Below are positions 25,939 through 33,351 of a stretch of DNA of 64,000 bases, in pieces. The position numbers and the translations under genes were made by a program. The stretch covers positions 71,180 through 135,179 of the forward strand of contig CAXNCS010000003.1 in the NCBI GenBank assembly GCA_964201005.1, read 5' to 3'. The notes beneath the pieces are model-generated. The model saw only the letters and a list, made by a program, of their open reading frames with translations. It was not told the origin of the DNA and searched no databases. Each line of letters opens with the position of its first letter. Positions within the stretch are counted from its first letter, which is position 1. This DNA comes from Myxococcota bacterium (GTDB lineage: Bacteria; Myxococcota_A; UBA9042).

Positions 25939-27930
25939 TCAGCCCTTGCAGACGCCGTCGCACTTGCCGTCGGCTTTGCACGTCCCGCCGCAGCACTTGC
26001 CCTTGCCGTCCGCGCCACAGGGCAGCAGATCCGGCGACGGGTCCGCCACGCACTCGCCCGCGGGGCTGCAGTGGTTGGCTCCGCAGGGATCGCTGCCGCC
26101 GCAGTCGGCGTCGCTGGCGCAGGACAAGTGGAAGATCATGCGGCGATCGCGTGAACCGTCCTGGGTGAACTGCCACTCTTTCTCGTTCTTGAACACTTCT
26201 TTGAGGCTGCTAAACACCGTGGACTGCATGGTCATTTTGCCGCGCATGGCGGTGACGGCGCCCTTCTTGACCGAATCGTCTTTGAAGCGATTGTCCATAA
26301 AGCCAACGCGCCAGTTGCCGGCCAGGGTGTAGCGCACCATGGCGATCGAGCGGCTCATGGCGTCTTGGAACGGGGTCGGGTCCTTGTTGTTCATGTCCAA
26401 GGTGTTGATGAACTGATAGGTGCCTTCCGTGCGGCAAGCGAGGTCCTGCAGAAACGCGTCCGGCTGCGGGTGGGTCTTGGACTGCACTTGGACGACGTGG
26501 AGGCGCACCGGGAACTTGTCGTCGTGCATGACCTGCAGCAACGCCTTGTAATCGGTGGTGATCATTGCGCACTGCTTGCGGCAGTCGCCGCCCTTGCCAA
26601 CCTTGGGATCGACAAATTGGTACAGGTCCGAATAGGTGCAGCTGTCCGGGCCGTCGGTCAGAAGAACGATGTGCCGAGGCGCGCCCGCTCCCAGGTCTTT
26701 GTCGCGCAGGAAGGTGTACGCCGTGTTCAGGGCCTCATACACCGGCGATCGCCCCGTGGCGGCCTCGCGGATGCGCTCTTCCAGACCCAGGCGGTTCTGC
26801 GCCTTGACCTTGTCGGAGCTGCCAAAGCACTTCACCATCTGCTCAGGCTGAGAAAGATTGGCAAAAGAGTCATTGGCAAAGGACGGATCGGCGGCGCACT
26901 GATAGTTGCCCTTGTTGCCGTCCGGGTCGACCAGATCTTTGCAGTCCGCGTTGCTGATGCAGGACTTGGTCGTGACCTCGTTGACGGTGCCGTCGGTGTA
27001 CTGGCAGCGCAGGTCGTCGGTGCACGCCACGCGCACGCCGTCGTTGCTCTCGTCGTAGTACATCGTCAGCACGCGATCGCGGGGATTGAGCGTATCGATG
27101 AGCTGTTGGGCGCCAGCGACGAGCACGCTGTAGCGGTCCGACGAGCACTCCGGGAATGAATCGGGCGTCCACTTGCCGGGCATATCCTCAATGAACTTGC
27201 TGGCCGTGGTGCAGTCGCCGGTGTCGGTGTAGACAAAGCCGTCTGTCGATCCGCTGTGGTCCACGAGGATCGCGACGTTCTGGAAAGTTTCCTTGCGATC
27301 GGGGTCGCACCGATCCGGGGCAACCGCCTTGTATTTAAGGGCCTTGCCCGTACCGCCGGAGCCTTCAGCCGAAGTGCTGCACGTCGCCGGATCTTGGATC
27401 CCAGCGCGCGGCTCATAGCAGCCCAAGTCGAGCTCAAAGTTCGCGGGCGAGATCGTCTGAAGCGCCGGATCGGTGGTGACCGGCTGCTGCTCGATGCGAT
27501 CGCCATCGCGAATGCCCAGATCGACGTCGCCCTCGCACTTGGGGCTCGTGACCTTGAGCTCGGTCGACACGAGGTTGACCGTCAGCTCGACGCCGTTCGC
27601 TTCCAGTACCGGTTCTCCGTCAGCCAGTGGCGCGCCGCAAACCCGGGTCACCGTCTTCGTCTGGGCGTTGACGAACGCCGGAAAGGCCGAGACGACTTGG
27701 ACTTTGTCGAAGATCAAGTTGTCCAGGCCAAAACGCGCGGTCGAGTCGCAGCTCGACAGGCCGCCGGTGATCAACCAAGCGGTGCCAAGGAGCGCGCTCG
27801 CGATCGTCGCCGGGACCCCAAGGCGTCCGCGCGGCTGTCGCGGTGCGGAATCTTGGCCTTGATCTGGGCGGCGCTTAGGGAATTGGGCCTGCGCGTTGGA
27901 ATCGACCTGCGGCTGGGACTGGATGGGCAT
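25939..27930 (-). CDS. 663-aa lipoprotein with a vWA domain and a Cys-rich C-terminal module
   Basis: GAGAGG lies upstream of ATG 27930. Lipobox LITGGLSS/CDS after a charged N-region. The vWA MIDAS-type motif is NVAILVDHSGSTDG, with later RHIVLLTDGPDSC. About 40 Cys overall. The C-terminus reads CASDADCGGSDPCGANHCSPAGECVADPSPDLLPCGADGKGKCCGGTCKADGKCDGVCKG. Confidence 0.85.
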   Translation of the reverse strand: MPIQSQPQVDSNAQAQFPKRRPDQGQDSAPRQPRGRLGVPATIASALLGTAWLITGGLSSCDSTARFGLDNLIFDKVQVVSAFPAFVNAQTKTVTRVCGAPLADGEPVLEANGVELTVNLVSTELKVTSPKCEGDVDLGIRDGDRIEQQPVTTDPALQTISPANFELDLGCYEPRAGIQDPATCSTSAEGSGGTGKALKYKAVAPDRCDPDRKETFQNVAILVDHSGSTDGFVYTDTGDCTTASKFIEDMPGKWTPDSFPECSSDRYSVLVAGAQQLIDTLNPRDRVLTMYYDESNDGVRVACTDDLRCQYTDGTVNEVTTKSCISNADCKDLVDPDGNKGNYQCAADPSFANDSFANLSQPEQMVKCFGSSDKVKAQNRLGLEERIREAATGRSPVYEALNTAYTFLRDKDLGAGAPRHIVLLTDGPDSCTYSDLYQFVDPKVGKGGDCRKQCAMITTDYKALLQVMHDDKFPVRLHVVQVQSKTHPQPDAFLQDLACRTEGTYQFINTLDMNNKDPTPFQDAMSRSIAMVRYTLAGNWRVGFMDNRFKDDSVKKGAVTAMRGKMTMQSTVFSSLKEVFKNEKEWQFTQDGSRDRRMIFHLSCASDADCGGSDPCGANHCSPAGECVADPSPDLLPCGADGKGKCCGGTCKADGKCDGVCKG

Positions 27931-28287
27931 GGGCCTCTCGCATGGATTCGCCCGGCATGGGCGAAGGACATGCGCGGGTTGCTTCGCTTTCTTCTGGGCA
28001 GTGGCGGCTCAAATAGAGCGTCTACCCAGTGGCAGCTGCGCAATCCTGAAGGGCCGGTCGGCTTTTCTCCGGCGCGCGCCATGAGGGCGGTGCTGGGTAA
28101 GCTCTTGGCGAATCAGGGGGTTATCCCGCGTCTCCCCTGCGCCGGCACCAGGACCGGAACGCTCGGGAGCAAGCAATAGTTCCCGCGCCATCGCGGCAAG
28201 TCAAGCTGATCCCCCTCACAAAGGGCGGCAAAGTCTCCAGGGCCTCTTACCGACCCGCCGATCTACCCCGATGGGCGCAAATCGACA

Positions 28288-28316
28288 TTGACTGTCCATT
28301 GGCGTCTCGGTACATT
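28288..28316 (+). promoter_or_regulatory. Candidate sigma70-type promoter for the three-gene lipoprotein paralog operon
   Basis: TTGACT (28288-28293), a 17-nt spacer, then TACATT (28311-28316), about 70 nt upstream of ATG 28387 in the 455-bp divergent intergenic region. This is a motif match only. Confidence 0.3.
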
Positions 28317-28386
28317 TGTGTGTTCGGGCAAGCCCGTTTTGCAGCCGTCCTGCCACCGCGTCTCTTTCGCCCTCCAGGAGCCCTCG

Positions 28387-30789
28387 ATGACGTCCTCTCT
28401 CTCCCTGCGGACCTCCACCCCGGTTCGATTTCGGGATGTGCTTGCTGGATCGGCGACGACGCTGCGGGCGACGCTGCTCGTGGGCGCTTCGCTGGTTGCA
28501 GCAGCGTGCAGCGACCCTGCGACCGGCACGAACACCGGCACGGGGGCCTCTGCGTGCCTCAACGGCGTGACCGCGGACTGCCGGCCGATCGCCGACATCA
28601 AGTCCGAGACGGCCAACATTGGCCAGGTCAATTCGGAGCAAAGCAAGCTCAGCGGCAACCTGGTCCTGGACGTCGGCGGCGTGGCCCTCAAGGAAAAGTC
28701 GTACCGCACGGTGACCTTGAGCAACTCGGGGAACGTCATTCTTCCGGCTGGTTACAAGATCCGCTCGGTCAGGATGCAGTACGACGCGCAAAATCCGGAA
28801 GAGACCGACATCAAGGCGTTGGAGTGCTGGGACGTATCCGAGACCGTGCCGTGCGACAAGCTCGACAAGGTTTGGAAGACCGTGGCGCCCAAGGGCTACA
28901 CCATCAAGGACGCCGACAAGAGCTGGATGACTTCCGGTGAGTCGTTCGTCATCAAGTACACGGCATTCGACAACAAGGTGCGCACCGGAACTGTGCTGGT
29001 CGAGCTCCAGGGGATCTCCGCGCAGGTGCTGACCTTCTCGATCAACATCAGCACCAAGGCCGGTTCGCCCAAGGCCAATCTCCTTCCGCCGTCGGTCAAC
29101 TACCCCTACGTCAAGCCCAAAGAGTGCGCTACCGAAGTGGTCAAGATGGCCAACACCGGCGACGCCGTGCTCAACATCAGCCAGATCAACCTCTCGGGCG
29201 TCGACAAGTCCTTCCAGATGCGCCTGGTCAAGCCGGAAGACCTCGATACCGAGTGGCACGAAGGCGGGGCGATGTGGACTCTGCCGGCGCCGCTGTCGAT
29301 CAAGCCGTCGAACAGCGCCGACTTTGAGGTCAAGTTCTGCCCGGCCGACGACAAGAAGAAGCAGGGCCAGATCAAGTTCATCGGCAACGACTCTTCGGCT
29401 CCCTCGCTCACGGTGCAGGCCAACAGCTCGGTCCCTTGCATCCAGGTGCTGCCGCCGACGATGAATTTTGGCGGCGCTATCCCGGGTTCTGAGAGCCCGA
29501 TGGATCTGACCATCAAGAATTGCGGCTCTCAGGAGCTGGTGGTGACGGACTTTGTGCTGACCGAGGACACCCAAGACGCCAACCAAGAGTTCTTTATCGA
29601 CCAAACCCCGCTCGCGGCGACCGGCAAAGTCAAAGCGCCGCCGCCGATTTCGGTTGAAAATCCGCTGGTTTTGGGGATCAATGAGCTTGCTGTGGTGACG
29701 GTGAAGTACGCGCCGGCCGACATCTCCAAGGAGAATACCCCCGACACCGGCGAGATTACCGTGGTGTCGAGCGCGTATATCCAGCCCAAGGTGAAGTTGT
29801 CGGGTATCGGCGTCGAGCAGACCTGCCCCATCGCCAAGGTCAAGGTGGCTGAGGGCGAAGAGGTGGTGCCGCAGACCAACTTGCACCTCAACGGCTCTAG
29901 CTCGCTGGCCCCCGGCGGCGGCACCATCAAGAAGTACAAGTGGACGGTCAAGCAGCCGACGGGCTCGAACCAGCCGTTGCTGCCAAGCGCGACTTTTCCC
30001 AACCCCACCTTGCAGGCCAACACGGCGGGCGAGTACGAGTTCTGCCTAGAGGTGTGGGACCAGAACGACGTCAAGTCGTGCGTGCCCGCGTGCACCACCG
30101 TGCTGGTGATCCCCAACAATGCGATCCACGTGGAATTGCTCTGGGATACGCCTTCCGACCCCGACCAGACCGACACGGGCCCGGCCGCTGGCGCCGACCT
30201 CGACCTGCACTTTGCCCATCCGCTGGCTGCGGCCCTCGACATCGACTGCGACAAGTCGGGCGATCCTTGGTTCAGCAACCCCTGGGACGCGTTCTGGTTC
30301 AACCCCAATCCGGCCTGGGGCGCGGCGCCGATCAGCGACGATCCCAGCCTGGACTTGGACGACACGGACGGTGCGGGCCCAGAAAACCTGAACATCGAAG
30401 AGTCGGAAGGCTCGCTGGAAGACCCGGTCTCGTACTCGGTGGGCGTGCACTACTGGAACGACCACGGCTACGGCACCTCCTATGGCACGGTGTCGATCTA
30501 CTTGCAGGGCGGCCTGGCGCTGCAGTTCACCAAGGTCAAGTTGGACCCGCTGGACATGTGGTACGTGGGCAAGCTGAACTGGCCCAACACCATGAGCGGT
30601 GGCCCCAAGAAGCCGTTTGACACCTGCTACCAGACCGGTGCGCCCTTGGTGGCGGACGGCGGCAAGTGCGCATCTGGCCAGAGCGCGATGTGGCAGCCCA
30701 AGGGCGAGTGGTGCGTGACCAAGTGCTATGAAGACAAAGCGTTTGTCCAGTCCGTCGGTGGCGCGGCGGCGGCTTCCTGCAAGAAGTGA
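28387..30789 (+). CDS. Ig-repeat lipoprotein, paralog 2 (conserved C-terminal 'DLDLH / DDTDG.GPEN / VGVHYW' domain plus an extra Cys-containing tail)
   Basis: ORF 28288-30789, with the start moved to ATG 28387 (AGGAG upstream; ..LLVGASLVAAA/CSD lipobox). It has Ig-like repeats (MNFGGAIPGSESPMDLTIKNCGSQELVV) and a PKD-like segment (KKYKWTVKQPTGS..ANTAGEYEFCLEVWD). The C-terminal domain reads IHVELLWDTPSDPDQTDTGPAAGADLDLHFAHP..SGDPWF..DDPSLDLDDTDGAGPENLN..YSVGVHYWNDHGYG..VSIYLQG..DMWYVGKLNWP. Confidence 0.85.
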   Translation: MTSSLSLRTSTPVRFRDVLAGSATTLRATLLVGASLVAAACSDPATGTNTGTGASACLNGVTADCRPIADIKSETANIGQVNSEQSKLSGNLVLDVGGVALKEKSYRTVTLSNSGNVILPAGYKIRSVRMQYDAQNPEETDIKALECWDVSETVPCDKLDKVWKTVAPKGYTIKDADKSWMTSGESFVIKYTAFDNKVRTGTVLVELQGISAQVLTFSINISTKAGSPKANLLPPSVNYPYVKPKECATEVVKMANTGDAVLNISQINLSGVDKSFQMRLVKPEDLDTEWHEGGAMWTLPAPLSIKPSNSADFEVKFCPADDKKKQGQIKFIGNDSSAPSLTVQANSSVPCIQVLPPTMNFGGAIPGSESPMDLTIKNCGSQELVVTDFVLTEDTQDANQEFFIDQTPLAATGKVKAPPPISVENPLVLGINELAVVTVKYAPADISKENTPDTGEITVVSSAYIQPKVKLSGIGVEQTCPIAKVKVAEGEEVVPQTNLHLNGSSSLAPGGGTIKKYKWTVKQPTGSNQPLLPSATFPNPTLQANTAGEYEFCLEVWDQNDVKSCVPACTTVLVIPNNAIHVELLWDTPSDPDQTDTGPAAGADLDLHFAHPLAAALDIDCDKSGDPWFSNPWDAFWFNPNPAWGAAPISDDPSLDLDDTDGAGPENLNIEESEGSLEDPVSYSVGVHYWNDHGYGTSYGTVSIYLQGGLALQFTKVKLDPLDMWYVGKLNWPNTMSGGPKKPFDTCYQTGAPLVADGGKCASGQSAMWQPKGEWCVTKCYEDKAFVQSVGGAAAASCKK

Positions 30790-30981
30790 CCCCGCGGCAT
30801 GGGATCGCGCGGTCTGCCAGTTCTAGGGCGTCACCAGGCGATCCGCGGTCTTGAGAAGAGACAATCCGTTCGATTTGTTGTGCGGGCCTCGCCGCGAAAC
30901 CGCATCGGTGATCTCGGCGACCCACTTAGCAGCGCAAGGGGCAGCCTCAAGCCGTACAGGCGGTCGCCCCGAGGATAGGCC

Positions 30982-33342
30982 ATGAGCGACAGCCTCTTTC
31001 AGCCGCGCCCCGCCCTCAAGGGTCGGAAAGCGTCGGGTTTGACAGGTTTTTTGCGGATTGCCGCCGCAGTAACCCTGTGGGCGGGCCTCAGCAGCTGCAG
31101 CGACGGGACGGACAACGGCGGCGCAGACGCGGCCACCAGCGCCGACGGCAGCAAGGTCAAGTGCAGCTTTGACAACGCCCAGGTCGGCATCGATCGTTCG
31201 GCGCAGTTTGCGGTCAATCTGTATGGCGGCGCGGCGGTCGATGAGGCCAAGCCGATCGCCATCAACAGCGGCACCATTGCGGTGGGGGCGACGGCCGATA
31301 TCTCGCTGGAAATCAAGAATACCGCCAACCTGGCCAGTGCCGCCGAACTGCTGGTGAGCAAGATCAACGTCGTCTACAGCGGCGACGACGGGGCCTTTGA
31401 CTGCCTCGTAGCCGACAAGGACGGCAAGGCGTTGATGGCCGACGGAAAGACGGTGGCGTGCAGCGGATACGATTTTGGCTCGATTGTCCCCGCGGGCTTT
31501 GACCCGGCGTGCGTGAGCAAGGCAGCGAGCACTGCTGGGCGATTCCTCATTCGCTTCAAGAAGATCGACAGCACCGCCCGCTCGGCCAAGGTGGTGGTCG
31601 TGGCCAGCGGCGATACCAGCCGGACCACGGTGACGCTGCAATTGGAGGCCAAGGCCGGCAAGGCCACCATCAATGTGAGTCCAGATCCGCTAGATTTTGG
31701 CGTGGTTGGCGTGGACGGCCCGGGCAAGGCCCAGCAGCTGAACGTGACCAACATCGGCGATGCCGACCTGGAGCTGAGCGGGGTGCAATGGAGCGTGAGC
31801 GACGCCTCATTCACCATGGAAATCGGCGGCCAAACGGTCAAGGGCAATGCCGACGGCAAATTTGCCCCGCCCCTGGTCGTGCCCGCCAAGAAGTCGCTGG
31901 CGGCGAGCATCACTTTTGATCCCGTGGACGACAAAGGCCGCGAGACCACCGTGACCTTCCTGCACAGCGCCACAAGCGGCAAGGCCAGTGCGCTGCTCAA
32001 AGGCAACCTGGAAGTGCCGTGCGTGCTCGTCAAGCCCGAGAAGAAGCTCGACCTGGGCATCGTTTACGTGGGCCAGACGGCGACCAAGAATGTGGTGCTG
32101 GAGAATTGCGGGACGGTCGAAGTTGAGGTGTCTGGCCTGAGCCTCAGCGAGGATGAGCAAAGCGTTTTTGGCTTTGGCGGCAACTTGATCGCGCCGACGC
32201 CGACCTCGCCCATCAAGATCGCCAAGAACGGTAAGGCGACCGTGCCGGTGACCTGCGCGCCGCCGAGTGAGAACAAGACGCCGCAGGGCGAGCAGAAGCC
32301 CTTTACCGCCAAGCTGAACCTCAGCGACAATACGACAAAGCCCAATAAAGTGGTGGATGTGCAGTGCTATGGCACCGCGGCGACGTGCCCAACGGCGGTG
32401 ATTGTGCCGGACCCGGGCGAGCAGATCGAGCCGCAGCAGAAGCTCTGCCTCAAGGGCTCCAGCTCGTTTGCCGCACCGGGAAAGCAGGTCAAAAAGTACA
32501 AGTGGAAGCTGCTGAGCGCGCCCAAGGGTGCGACAGCCCTCAAGTTTGCCCCCAATGATGTGTCGGCGGATGTCTGCTTTGGCACGGACACCGTCAATCC
32601 CAAGACCGGTGCGACCGAGCTGAGCGTGAATATCGCCGGCGAATACGTATTTGAGTTGCAGGTTTGGGATGATGTGGGGACGGAGTCGTGCAAAGTGAGC
32701 CAGATGCCGGTGTTGGTGATCCCGAGCATGGGGCTGCACATCGAGCTGCTGTGGGATACCCCGGCGGATGAGGAAAAGGACACGGGGCCCACCGCCGACG
32801 GCAGCGACCTGGACTTGCACCTGGTGCACCCCATGGCGTACGACGCAAAAACCTGTGACGCGACCACGACAAAGGCGTGTCAGCCGGATCTGGACAAGGA
32901 CGGCAAGACCGACCCGTGGTTCAATTCGGTGTACGACTGCTACTGGTACAACAACACCAATCAGTGGGGCAGCACGTCGTCGGCGGATAATCCAGGGCTC
33001 GACTTGGACGATACCAACGGCTGGGGCCCAGAGAACATGAACATGCAGGCGCCAGAAGACGGCCTAAAGTACGGCGTGGGTGTGCATTATTGGGACAAGC
33101 ACGGCCTTGCTCCGGACGACACCACCGCCACGGTCAACATTTACGTCCTCGGCATGCTCAAGGGGACATTCACCCAGATGATGCACGAATGCGACATGTG
33201 GTGGGTCAAGCAGGTTGCGTGGCCCACTGGCGATCTCCTTGATTTTGGCGGAGCGAGCACCACGGCGACGGGCAAGGTGACCCCCAAATACTGGAGCATT
33301 CTGGGCAGCACACTGGGTGGCGTCTGCAGCAAGCCCAAATAG
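30982..33342 (+). CDS. Ig-repeat lipoprotein, paralog 3 (same C-terminal domain)
   Basis: GAGGA precedes ATG 30982. Lipobox TLWAGLSS/CSDG. Ig-like repeats (LDFGVVGVDGPGKAQQLNVTNIGDADLEL; LDLGIVYVGQTATKNVVLENCGTVEVEV) and a PKD-like segment (KKYKWKLLSAPKG..NIAGEYVFELQVWD). The C-terminal domain reads LHIELLWDTPADEEKDTGP..GSDLDLHLVHP..DLDKDGKTDPWF..DNPGLDLDDTNGWGPENMN..YGVGVHYWDKHG..VNIYVLG..CDMWWVKQVAWP. Confidence 0.85.
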   Translation: MSDSLFQPRPALKGRKASGLTGFLRIAAAVTLWAGLSSCSDGTDNGGADAATSADGSKVKCSFDNAQVGIDRSAQFAVNLYGGAAVDEAKPIAINSGTIAVGATADISLEIKNTANLASAAELLVSKINVVYSGDDGAFDCLVADKDGKALMADGKTVACSGYDFGSIVPAGFDPACVSKAASTAGRFLIRFKKIDSTARSAKVVVVASGDTSRTTVTLQLEAKAGKATINVSPDPLDFGVVGVDGPGKAQQLNVTNIGDADLELSGVQWSVSDASFTMEIGGQTVKGNADGKFAPPLVVPAKKSLAASITFDPVDDKGRETTVTFLHSATSGKASALLKGNLEVPCVLVKPEKKLDLGIVYVGQTATKNVVLENCGTVEVEVSGLSLSEDEQSVFGFGGNLIAPTPTSPIKIAKNGKATVPVTCAPPSENKTPQGEQKPFTAKLNLSDNTTKPNKVVDVQCYGTAATCPTAVIVPDPGEQIEPQQKLCLKGSSSFAAPGKQVKKYKWKLLSAPKGATALKFAPNDVSADVCFGTDTVNPKTGATELSVNIAGEYVFELQVWDDVGTESCKVSQMPVLVIPSMGLHIELLWDTPADEEKDTGPTADGSDLDLHLVHPMAYDAKTCDATTTKACQPDLDKDGKTDPWFNSVYDCYWYNNTNQWGSTSSADNPGLDLDDTNGWGPENMNMQAPEDGLKYGVGVHYWDKHGLAPDDTTATVNIYVLGMLKGTFTQMMHECDMWWVKQVAWPTGDLLDFGGASTTATGKVTPKYWSILGSTLGGVCSKPK

Positions 33343-33351
33343 GATCAGCAC

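Noticed and set aside
28036-28052. TGGCAG..GCAAT resembling a sigma-54 -24/-12 promoter in the divergent intergenic region
   Set aside because: The spacing between GG and GC does not fit TGGCAC-N5-TTGC, so the -12 element is misplaced.
28216-29886. 556-aa - strand ORF
   Set aside because: It is antisense to paralog 2 and spans its promoter region. It has no RBS or motifs and is Arg/His/Leu-rich.
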